From Octopus vulgaris (Eukaryota), in assembly GCA_951406725.2 (NCBI GenBank), contig OX597814.1, positions 177,134,001-177,198,000 on the forward strand: DNA of 64,000 bases, given 5' to 3'. A model generated the notes under the pieces. The model was not told the origin of the DNA and searched no databases. It saw only the letters and a list, made by a program, of their open reading frames with translations. Below, one piece after another: positions 51,796 through 64,000 of this stretch. Numbering within the stretch: position 1 is the first letter of the stretch; every line of letters starts with the position of its first letter. A program made the translations under genes and the position numbers.

Positions 51796-53109
51796 AGATA
51801 AAACGAAAGGTTCAAATTTAAACAAATATTAAAAAAAAAATAAAACACGCCAACATGAAAGGCTGTGCGCACATAACATAACTAGTAACATACATATACT
51901 TAATATATTTCATTAAGTATAGCGATAAACCTGATCTATGAGAGTGTTGGGAAGTACAGAGTAATTCATACTTACGTAACCAATTCTAGAGCATAATGAT
52001 ATAACAGAGAACAGAGTCTCTAGAAACTATATACGCATATTGTTTTTGAATTTGAGCTCAACATTGTGTGTATGCCAATGAAACATTCGTGAACCATAGA
52101 GCTTTCCCACTGGCTACAGCAGTCTACAGGATTCTTATGACCTACCATATACAATATGGTATCTGTTTATAGACAGGCAGGTTCGAGGTTTTGAAAAGTA
52201 AATATTTTGACTGTGGATACAGCTCAAACAGAACAGATGGTATACTGAGCAGGTGATAGGATACGAGCTTATGATGCTTCAATTGAACTAAAAAAATCCA
52301 ATTGAAAAATTCCGAAGAAAATATTCAATAAAAGTTATTTCAAAAGCAATATTAAAATCATCAACGACAACAAGAAGAGTATAGAGTTAATGAAAATTCT
52401 TTTTAAATTCTGTTTATTTGTCTGATGGATATTTCTTTTTTAGATCACTTAAGTTTTCATTAGCTTGGTCAACAATTATGGTTTCACTTTATTCGATGTT
52501 GTGTGAATAATAGCGAATGTATTTAGTAAAATTATATTCACAAAATTGAATGATTATTTAATATAATGATCTAATTTAATGAACTATTTGTGGTAACGAC
52601 TAATAATAGTAAACATGGAACATAAAGAAATATTGCTTGTATCAGCAAAAATATAAATGACCAGTATTAAAAAAAAACATAATTATATTAGTAAATATAC
52701 AATGAAACCAACAAACTACTGAAGTCCTTTTAAGTGCCAATTCTTTCTTTTATTTAATTAATTCAATTTCTTTAATTTTCTCTTTGATAATTTCTATACA
52801 GAACGGTGGATCAATGCATCAGAAATAGAGTAGCACTGGAAAGGTTTTAGGCTTTTAGATTCATGAATTTGATTCCTGATATCGGATGAAATAGCTGCTT
52901 ATGTTTCTATAGGGTTAGTAAAATATATTTCGTCACGAGAGCGCGAGTTAACAAGAACTTTTATTCGTGATCGTTCCGGCGTACAAGAAATGGCGGCCAA
53001 ATCTTCCTCATATATGTCTTAACATTTTAAAAATGACAAGAGTATGTTGAATAATGTGTTTCTAGATATTTTATACTACATCTGTGAAAGAAAAAAAAAC
53101 GGGGAATAA

Positions 53110-54709
53110 TCTCTTATTATAAAAGGCAGATTTTATCTGCCTCCCTTTGTCTCTTATAGAAATCTACAATATAGGATTTCTTCAATTACAATTTACCTAG
53201 CATTTTTAAGAGTACAATGCATCGGGTCGTGCCAGGTCCGGTTTTTAAAATTTCAACCCCAATTAAGCAAAATTTAGAGAAAACTCACATTGTGGTGTGT
53301 AAGTGAAGTGCTTTTCTTAGTGTGGGCTACAGCACACGCACACACACACAAAAACGGAGCGATCTGCTTCACTCACGCTATCACCCTAATTTCTCCTCCT
53401 TTCTCTTTGCAAGTGTGCAACGATTAAAGTGAAAGTATTTCTGTAAAACGGATCACTCATGCTATCACCCTAATTTCTCCCACTTCCTCTTTGCAAGTGT
53501 ACCTTAAACCACTACTAAAAAAAAAACAGCAAACAGAAACAAATAAATACATAACGATTTACTCCTCACACAATTTCTTCAATTAGAGTTTACCTATGAT
53601 TTTTCAAAGTACTTCCATTCGGTCATGCCATACAAAATTTCTTTCAATTTCACCCCAATTAAGACAAAATTCGAGAAAACTCAATATTTTAACATTTCAC
53701 TCCGAAAGCATTGATGTACATATGTGCGTGCGTGAGTGTGTGTGTGTGTGTGTGTTTGATGGGGTGTGCGACACAGAAAGTGTGGTGTGTAAGTGAAGTG
53801 CTTTTGTTAGTGTGTGTAAAGAGACAGAGAGAGTACACATACCTACGTACACCTAAAGCACGCACACACACCCACACAAGCGGAGCGCGAACTTCAAAAG
53901 AACTTCGCGCGCTATCTATCTGGTTTGCCATTCCTCACACACATGCATACACATACATATATGACAGTGACAAACACAAACGTTTCAAACAACTACATAC
54001 AAACACGTGTGTGTTTGTTATTAGTAAAAAAGGCGCCAAACACAACTCACTTCTCATTCGAACACATTTGCAAAAACACACCGACGGTCGAATTGCCATA
54101 ACAATACAGAAAAGGTAAATTGGTTTTTAATTTACTTTCTGTCGTTAAATTTTGGTAGTATTAATTGGCGAGCGTACTTCTGTTGTCAATTGTTGACAGA
54201 AAGAAATTGTAAGTTAATAAGGTGTGTGTGTGTGTGTGTGTGTAGGAAGTGAAGGATAAAAATATTGCAAGAAGTGGACAGATGTACATATATACATCCA
54301 TACATACATGTGTGTGTGTGTCTATGTATGTGTATTAATGTGTGTGTGTTATCTCTATATAAAGCTGAAGTTGTCTGTGTGCGCCACGTTTGGTAACCTT
54401 CAACTAACACTATCTCCTCCGAGACCCTGCGGCGCAAGTTGACCAAAATTGAAAGTATGATAGAAGAAGGGTTGCTCTTCCTTCCGTAGAACATAAAATT
54501 CAAATCGGACCATGTTAACACCAAAAATTATTTACATCAAAAAGCTGCTTTTTTCTATGAAAATCCCTATTTTTTACGGTTTTTTCACTGCTGTGTCGCC
54601 ACTTTTCGGTGTATTTCGACCAGAAAAATGTTCACAAAATTTTTACTTTTCAAAATTACAATTCCAGCGGGTCGAAACAAACCCGAGCAACGCCGGGCGA
54701 TACTGCTAG
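53110..54709 (+). mobile_element. Composite non-autonomous Helitron (two 5' ends, one 3' end)
   Basis: A|TCTCTTATTATAAAAGGCAGA at 53110, a second A|TCTCTATATAAAGCTGAAG at 54352, and a 3' hairpin CCCG-agcaacgc-CGGG followed by CTAG|T at 54706-54710. Confidence 0.8.
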
Positions 54710-54774
54710 TCACGACTAGAATGCTTTTGTCATAGATCTGCCTGCCTTGTCTCTGGACAGACAGAGAGAGGAAG

Positions 54775-54816
<42 letters not shown>

Positions 54817-55416
54817 CTAACGTGGGGTCACTCATCGCCATCCAAAACAACTTCACAAAATTATGAAATTACTTACAAATAAGAGCTTAACAGTAAACGA
54901 AAATGTGCACGTTAAAATTACATCAGTTTTCGATAAAAGAGTTATCTATGAATTTATAAGCCTAACATTTTTGTGATCTAATGTCATTCATAGTATTCAC
55001 ATTTAACGAAAGGAAAAAAAGTCTAGAACCCATGGTATTATTTACAGCTTTTGAAACGGGTGGGAGGAGGGGAGAAAGTTATCACAGACCAAAATCCTGG
55101 CTCAAATGCTTGTGACCGTGTACTCCACTAAAGTCACCCAAGCCACAGCTGGGGTCGGATTAAATTCATCGGATATATTTAATATACTGACGAACTTCTG
55201 GTCAAATATTTGTAAATTCGTATCCAGTCATCAGCCCTGTAATATTTCTTTGATAAATATTTTGAATAACTTTCACTTGACGCAGACAATATATCTAGTT
55301 TAACATAGGTAAATAGGATAGGAAAGCAGTATATTTTTAGTGGTAAGCCATTCTCCTCTTACAGTTAAGAGGACTGAGCTAACAGAGAATTAGCTGTCTT
55401 TATTATGAGTATATAT

Positions 55417-55720
55417 GGAGGCACATGGCATAGTGGTTAGAACAGCGGATCCGCGGTCAAGGGATCGTGGGTTCCAATCTCAGACCGGGCGATGTGTGTG
55501 TTTATGAGCGAAACACCTAAGCTCCACGCAGCTCCGGCAGAAGGTAATGGAGAACTTCTGCTGACTCTTTCACCACAACTTTCTCTCACTCTTTCCTCTT
55601 GCATCTTGCAGCTCACCTGCAACGGACCAGTGTCCCGTCCAGGTGGGGAACCTATACGCCAAGGAAACCGTGAAACCAGCCCTTATAAGCCAGACATGGC
55701 TCGAGAAGGAACAAACAATT
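55417..55720 (+). mobile_element. tRNA-derived SINE family D
   Basis: Head GGAGGCACATGGCATAGTGGTTAGAACAGCGG..GGTTCCAATCTC; V-domain-like ACCTGCAACGGACCAGTGTCCCGTCCAGG; imperfect flanking repeat TTATGA(G/A)TATAT. Confidence 0.8.
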
Positions 55721-55992
55721 ATGAATATATCACATCGCTGGTGGCAGGAAACGAACTATTGATTTCTCGGCTTGATGTTCGATATCCTGATGGTTAGGAA
55801 ACCTGCACTATCAGCTTGTTTATAGTCTTAGAAGAGCAATCAAGTTTAGCAGAGTTAAACTTGTAATTTATGGTTGCTACTATCAAGATTAGAACGAACG
55901 ACTTTTTAATTCACTTGTTCTAAGTAATGAAACTTAATATTTCTTTGAGAATAGTTAACTTAAAATATCTGATCAGCATATAAGAAGTGACC

Positions 55993-56165
55993 AAGGCAGC
56001 AAGCTGGCAGAATCGTTAGCACACCAGTCAAAACTTTTAGCAGCATCTCGTCCGTCTTTACGTTCTGAGTTCAAATTCCGCCGAGGTCAACTTTGCCTTT
56101 TATCCTTTCGGGGTCGATGAAATAAGTACCGAAATTGCCGGCCTTGTGTCAAAAGTTAAAACTAA
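55993..56165 (+). mobile_element. SINE family B, internally deleted, tail-2-like
   Basis: AAGGCAGCAAGCTGGCAGAATCGTTAGC head and body, then GGCCTTGTGTC tail; ACATATAAGAA/GCATATAAGAA flanks. Confidence 0.8.
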
Positions 56166-57508
56166 CATATAAGAACTGACTTACATAAAGTAAAAATATT
56201 ACGATGTTTGATTCAGAATTTTGCCCGCTCACGGCAATAACATCATGTTAAAAGAATGGTTTCTATGTAACAAATATGCAATAGGCTAGTTTCCAATCCT
56301 TGGTGATATATGTCTATTAACCACTTGATGTTAAGAAAACTAGGATGTGTTCCAGCAGTAAGAATTGATTAAAAACTAACACAAACAAACAGACAAGCAA
56401 AATATACAATAAAAACAAAATTGCAAACAAACGGATCAGAGGATTTTGGACTTTAACAAATTAACATTAAATGTTGTCTGCAAATGAGTTCTTTATCGTA
56501 TTAGTGTTTTAAATATATTTATTATTTTATATTGGAATAGACAAATACTTTTTTTTCTTGTGACAGTAACAAATCAACCCTTCGAAAGTCAATAATTGCT
56601 AAAACTTGTTAAAACGACAAAACAGTTATCAAAATCCTATATGTCAAACTTGACACAAGAAATAGAATAATTCATCAGACTATTGGTTTTTCTTTTGAAG
56701 TTCCACCAATGTTTCTCTAATGTTACTCATCACAACATTCTCTCTTGCCATCCTCATATCTCACAATTACATAAAATGCATTATTTACAATGGAAAAGTA
56801 TTCATTATTCAACAAATATCAAACAGATAGACTTCCCATCCTTCATTTAGAGAAACGAATACTTGGCTATGTTTCAAAATAATAACCACAACTCATCTGT
56901 TTTCTATGATTATTGTTATAGCTTCTCTTTGATTTTTAAAACATAAGTTTCGAGCTAAACTCTTGTTCACCTCACCGAGGTAGCAGCGCAATAGAGCAGT
57001 GATACGAGTTCGTTTCCTAGTTGTCTTTCCACTTCGCTAATTTCCCTTTGATGAGATGTACTATCTCAGACATATGGGGATTTTAGGTGTGATTTATCCA
57101 ATAATGCTACATAAAATCAAAGTTTACGTAGGTAACCTACAAACATTAAAGATCATGAGAGATTTACGTTTCCATGCTCAGGAAGTGAAAGCCGCATTTG
57201 AACTAAACAGTAACAAATAATGAATCTGTTTATGAGCAAGTAATGTATTTTGATTCAGGACAAAATAAAAGAATTATTCGAGGTACGAAACACTAACACG
57301 GTGCTGGATGACAATTTTAGTAGGTTGTGATAACTTGATAGCTTTTCAATAGTCGGATACCCTGTGTTTTCATTAGTTGTAACTGTTTAGCCTCAAGATT
57401 GAGAAAACCTACGATGAAAGCCGTGCCATTAAACCTAATCTTTTCATTTTTAAAAATAAATAATAACGTGTCATATGTGACAGGTTAATCTATTAGTTTT
57501 AGCAGGTT

Positions 57509-57740
57509 AAGGCGGCGAGCTGGCAGAAACGTTAGCGCGCCGAGCGAAATGCTTAGCGGTATTTCGTCTGTTGTTACGTTCTGAGTTCAAATTCCGCCGA
57601 GGACGACTTTGCCTTTCATCCTTTCGAGGTCGATAAATAAAGCACCTGTCTCTCATTGGGTCGATGTAATCGACTTAATCCCTTTGTCTGCCTTTGTTTG
57701 TCCCCTCTATGCTTAGCCTCTTGTGTGCAGTAAAGAAATA
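57509..57740 (+). mobile_element. SINE family B monomer with TSD
   Basis: Flanking direct repeat TATTAGTTTTAGC(A/G)GGTT at about 57491 and 57741. Confidence 0.9.
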
Positions 57741-58579
57741 TATTAGTTTTAGCGGGTTGACTGAATGCAGGGTGTATGCAAATATGATACCTTGCGGTGT
57801 CATAGAACTCTCTTATTAACTTAGTTACCAGGCTGGTTATGGCCGTTTGAAATAACATATCCTAATATGTAACTGGGATTCTGTTTAGAGATCATAAAGT
57901 AAGAAAAAGCAAAACTGATCCTGTTAGAAATCGAACTAAGAACATAATGCGACATTAGCAAATACTGCAAAGTATTCTTCCACCACTCAACCAAAATATA
58001 AATTTGTTGATATAAAACACAATGAATATATTTTTTCTATTTAAAGAAGATTAAAGCTAAAGCCAGCTTTCTGAACAAACATTTCCTAGTCCAGTGTATA
58101 TATATATATATATACATACATACATATATGTATGTATGTATCTCTGTATGTATGTATGTATGTATATATATATATATATATATATAAATACATATCTACA
58201 TGTAATTTATATTTATGCCTGTTTTCGTCTTTGTTCCTCTCTCTATATGTATGTATATATATATATATATATTAATTGCACACACACATACAACCAAGAC
58301 ATATGTACATATACATACATATATATGTATGTGTGTATGTAGTGTACTTAAATATATATATATATATATGTATATATAGAGGAAGAGAGAGGGGGAAGGA
58401 GATTTGTAAACACTGACTTCAGAAAAAAAGAAAAAAAGAATTGGAAATATTCTTTTAAGACAGCATTAAATTAGCTTCCTGATCAGTAAGGCCCCCTCTT
58501 TAATTCCTGCTTAGAATTCTTGCCAAGGCAACTTCAAGGATACCGCAGTTCTCCTACTGAAAGACATTTTAAATACGTC

Positions 58580-58593
58580 ATTATTATTATTAC

Positions 58594-58627
<34 letters not shown>

Positions 58628-58664
58628 GTTGTTGTTGTTGTTGTTGCTGTTGCTGTTGTTGTTG

Positions 58665-58737
<73 letters not shown>

Positions 58738-58782
58738 CATTATTATCATTATCATCATCATCATCATCATCATTATTATTAT
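58580..58782. repeat. (TTA)n/(TTG)n/(TCA)n trinucleotide array
   Basis: Directly visible; source of the poly-I/L ORFs. Confidence 0.95.
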
Positions 58783-59119
58783 CAGATGTTGTTTTGATAT
58801 TTATTCTCTTTTGATCTTTACATTCAGGATCTTTTATCTTCCATCCATCAAATGTTCCTCATTGCATCTACTTGCTGGTAAATTCCCTCTTTCCGATCGA
58901 ATGATAATTTATTATTTACTAATTAATAGCGACTACGAATATTCACAAAACAAACCGATAATTTTAAAGATTATACTGTCATCTGTTGCTTTAAAAGTGT
59001 GTTTGAGAGAGTGAGATAGAGAAAGAGAGGGAGAGGGAGATTTAAGATTTTTCTTCATCCATCTTCCTTATATTCTAAGATGTCGTTTATAATTTTCCTC
59101 TTCAGTTTTCTCTTTATTA

Positions 59120-59150
<31 letters not shown>

Positions 59151-59389
59151 TTTTGTTGTTATTGTTTTATGTGATTTATCTATTTATCATACTGATTTGT
59201 CAAATAATTGAATATTTCTATTAGTTCCAAAACATCGCAACCAATAAACACATCTTCAGAAACAGATTTCGTTAAGTGATTTACAAATAAGGCATATGAC
59301 ACACCCCATGTGCGCACAACCGGGACCAGGTACACGCAGAAGAAATACACGCCCTCACACACACACACACAACACACACAGACCCAGAG

Positions 59390-59563
59390 GTATATATGCA
59401 TATATATGTGCATATACGCATATATATGTATACATATATATAAATATAATTATATATGTATGAACGTGTATACACATATAACATCCTGTGTATATGCGCA
59501 TATATATATTTATATATATATATATAACATATATATATATATATATATGTGTATATATATATA

Positions 59564-59636
<73 letters not shown>

Positions 59637-59637
59637 G

Positions 59638-59684
<47 letters not shown>

Positions 59685-59806
59685 TTGAAAACGGCTATTT
59701 GAAGTTCGAAATTCATATCAGAGTAACTTACTGTGAACATTGAAATATAAGATTGAAATATAAATTAGTACCCACTCTTAAAAGCCATCACTACTCATGT
59801 TTTCAA

Positions 59807-59872
<66 letters not shown>

Positions 59873-60140
59873 ATATATAGTGTATATAGTATATATATGT
59901 ATATATATGTATATATGATATACATAAGTATCCTTGTATATATGATGATATATATGTATCTATATATCCTTATATAATTATAATATGTATATATATCGTA
60001 TACATATATATACGAGATATATACATCTATCTATATATATATATATATCGTATATACTCCATATACATACATTTATATGTATATATAGATGTATATATAT
60101 ATATATATGTATGTATATATGTATGTGTATATATATATAC
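59390..60140. repeat. (TA)n-rich microsatellite blocks
   Basis: Directly visible. Confidence 0.9.
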
Positions 60141-60239
60141 ACAATTTAAGTAATCAGTAAATGGAGAGAATTATTGATCAACAAAAAAAAACAAAAACAA
60201 ATTGGATCACATCTCTTGATTATTTTTTAGTACAAAACA

Positions 60240-61870
60240 TGACGGTCCATAAGTCCATTGTCGAATTTGATAATAAACTGTAGGCTAGGAAGGATACTAC
60301 TGATTTCTTAGAAATAACCATGGGATCCCCTGACTCAGCGGAGGCGACCGACGTTGTGGGAATATACCTTTTAGACAACATCAACAAGGAATTCCCTGAA
60401 ATGGTGGGAGGCCTCTACAGAGATGACGCACTTTTTCTGATTAGATACATTACTATAGAAAATGAAAACTACTCTATCAACTACCGAGACGTTAATTGTA
60501 ATTTAAATACGGGTTTACACCAACCTTACATGAAACCTAACTCTAACTTAAAGTAAATATACTATCATAATAACCATCCGCAATCTGTAAAAAGAGCTCT
60601 AAGAAGAAGCATTAGCAAAGAAATTTCCTACCTCTCTTCTAATGAGAGCCTATTTAATAGTCATAAGGATAAGTACGATAAGGCACTTAAAGATGCAGGC
60701 TATAGAGGTAGAATCAAATATATCCCACACGAGCATGCAATAAATAGATGTAGTAATGACTATGTTAACCGCAACAATACAGTATATGGCCATTCACCTA
60801 AGCGATGTAATAAAGCACAGAAAACTATAGCTCACGACATTAATAAGATAGGATTTAGCAACAATATGCGTAAATATAAGAATAACAGAAACACTACAGG
60901 TGGAATAACGAGGGAAACTGGACGAAGGATGAATGATGCTAATAAAACCACTAACGATGAAGACAACAGTAATAAAAACAGTAGTGGAAACTCAAAATAC
61001 TACCGGCGTAAACCTAGTCATGACACCACTAATGGCGGTACAAATGCGCAGAGCCTTGATAATAGAACTAATGATAATATATACATTCACCATATGCAAT
61101 ACCCTAACAATTGTAAACATGTGTCGTTCACTGAGACTACCGTTAAATCGGGAGACATGATCTGGATCATACTCCCATTTGCGATGCAAATAAAGAGCGA
61201 TTTAGCTAAGCAAATATTTGATCAGAATAATAGGTATTCGAAACTTGTAAATAGCAGAATAAGAAGGATAAAAACTAAACATTTATTTAACTAGAAGCAA
61301 CAATAACAACGACGGCAGTAATAGTTAGAATAAAATGAATAAATCCTATCCCAATCTTAGTAAAGTGAACACTCAGAACCATAATAACCCTATCAATCTC
61401 AATGACACCAGCTCTACCCCACTAGAAAGCAACCCCCTTCAGTACAAGCTATGTGACTGTAGGAATAGGGAGAATTGTACCATCAGAAATACCTGTAGAA
61501 TTAAGGACCTAATTTACCAATGTACAGTCACAACTTAGTTTAGAAAAAGAAGTTACATAGGAACTACCCAAAATGAAATGAAACGTAGACTAGCTGCACA
61601 TCAACACTTTTCAGAAATAGAAGCAGAATTAACTCAACTGGATTAAGTAAGTATATTTGGGAACTCAAAGATAGTGATATTAGCTCCACGTTAGAACGGG
61701 AAATCCTCGTCTCTGCATCTTCGTACAATGTAAAACATAGGAAATGTTATCTTTGCATTAACGAAATTCTTTTCATTCTAATAGCATGACACCCACTGTT
61801 GAACCTAAGAGAGGAGAGAAGCCGAGTTTGTCTGCACAAAGGGAAGTTTAACTTCGCTAAATATAAATAA
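60240..61870 (+). mobile_element. Penelope-like retroelement relic (Naiad-type): RT core to GIY-YIG endonuclease
   Basis: ITMGSPDSAEATDVVGIYLL..GGLYRDDALF (RT), PYMKPNSNLK..SNHP-like thumb, CDCRNRENC..C..LIYQCTV..SYIGTT..KRR..H..TGLSKYIWELK..CYLC.NE..LLN.REE..CLH (GIY-YIG with Cys clusters). Stops, frameshifts and deletions. Confidence 0.88.
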
Positions 61871-62947
61871 CATTAGAAACACTTATGCTACCCCAAAATA
61901 GCACCAAGAACTCCACACCATAGAAATAGTAGCCCTTGATAGTAATTTGAAGGCTATGTGTATATACTCCTTAATTAAAGCTAGTTTGCTAGTAGTAATA
62001 CCGGGGCCTTGCAGGTATTTATAAAAATACTCCTATCCTTTTACCCAAAATTCGAGTTTAGGTCAAACCCATAACAACTACCTACAGCTTATAGTTATCA
62101 AGCAATTCCTCCTTAAAATAACTAACTAACCTCTTTTACAAATGCCAGATATTTCAATCACGAACTTAATTGAGAATACAGAATACATAGTTATTCAATC
62201 ACAATGCTATGACCCCCAATCACTAATTCTAATTTTGAATTTTAAATTTTAACTTTATTTTGTTTTAATATTATTTTATTTTCCTGTACCTTTTATATAC
62301 ATGGATGTGCTTGTCGGCACTTGTAATCTGGACTTAATTTCCTACCAGCATACTGGTCTACCTCCACTTAAAATAGACCCTAATAGTCTTGCCCACTTAG
62401 GAAAACATTACCCTCCTGTAGAATTTGTTTTATTTCATTGAACTCAACGTTATCTTTCCCCACTATAGATTGTATAGGTCTGTACTTGGACACTACAGTA
62501 GCTGAGTTCCCAGGAGATATTAGTAAACATGGGTTTATTATGCAGGATAAAAAGTGTAATTTGGCGGTGGACTTAGTGTGGCTGCATCCACCTAAGGTTT
62601 AATATAATTATTAAATTTATTGATATGGACAATCTAACTTTTAGGATAATGTAATACATATTTAGTAATATTTAGTAAACTGTGTTGGAACATGGAAATT
62701 ATAACCATGGTATTAGTTGACATGTGATTTGGTTTTAAATTTTAATCGCTTAAATGTTTGTGGGTTTGTGCTTTTGCCCTTTCGTGTACCTATAGGGTGG
62801 AATTCTCTTAGGTACATGTGTACATTTACTTATTTGTCCATTATTACCACCACTTGGAATTTTATTTGCTATCTAAGATGTAAAATCTAGCATTATTTTA
62901 GTAGCTTATTATAGTTATATGCACCTCCAGTACTAGTTGGTACTATT

Positions 62948-63465
<518 letters not shown>

Positions 63466-64000
63466 TTATTCAATGTAACTATTCAGTGAATAGTATTGAT
63501 GTTTATTTTTTGTTTTTTTCCGAATCCGTATTTGTTAGTTAGCCATCCTCTCGATCTGTTAACAATAAACGCTATTACAATTGAAGCTATTTTCCTTAAC
63601 TTACATTACTAACGACTCCAAGAAAATACTAAGCGTAAAGAAGCGTTTTTCCGGTTTTTTTTTCCATTAAATCTAAGTATTGTGTCTGAATGATGATGAT
63701 ATATATATATATATATCCAATGAAAAGACGAAGAAAAAATTCATTAACACATTTTTAATTGTAATTTACAAATATTACCGTACCATCTCCACCAGCAACT
63801 TCAGTTTACGCGAGAATTCTAAATAGAAAAACACGTAATATTTGCGGTTTTAGACATTGGAGAAGCATGTATGTATGTATGTGTACGCATGTTGGTGATG
63901 TTATGCAGTAGAGATTTTAGCTAATACTTCCTTTAACTTCTTTTATGCTATGAAAAATTATAAGGAGCAGAACATATCCATCCTTCAATTACGTGATAGA

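Noticed and set aside
61786-61788. In-frame TGA in the Naiad-type GIY-YIG as possible selenocysteine
   Set aside because: It is not at a conserved Cys position (ILIA*HPLLN), the Cys clusters use TGT/TGC, no convincing SECIS is visible, and the copy has other lesions. CpG decay is the simpler explanation.

Overview
AT-rich, microsatellite-saturated animal non-coding DNA. It is most consistent with an octopus (coleoid cephalopod) intron or intergenic region; this is inferred from the SINE families and repeat style, not proven. No intact host gene is recognisable, and nearly all listed ORFs are translated microsatellites or SINE artefacts. Decayed retroelements include CR1/L2-group LINE 3' ends, two R4/Dong-type (RLE) LINE relics, RTE and Tx1/L1-like fragments, two Penelope-like (Naiad-type RT/GIY-YIG) relics, and more than 25 tRNA-derived SINE copies of at least four families, several with clean TSDs. 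Decayed DNA elements include a near-full-length mellifera-type mariner, further Tc1/mariner relics and MITEs, a hAT (Charlie/Buster) relic and non-autonomous Helitrons. The most interesting observations are four well-formed minimal type-I hammerhead ribozymes (two with large stem-II inserts) plus degenerate relatives; a SINE that repeatedly forms head-to-tail multimers at one fixed palindromic junction; two SINE/LINE shared 3' tails, one with compensatory stem changes; and a GC-rich candidate minus-strand coding exon (MGN...CC). All alignments and folds were done by eye, and boundaries of old elements are approximate.
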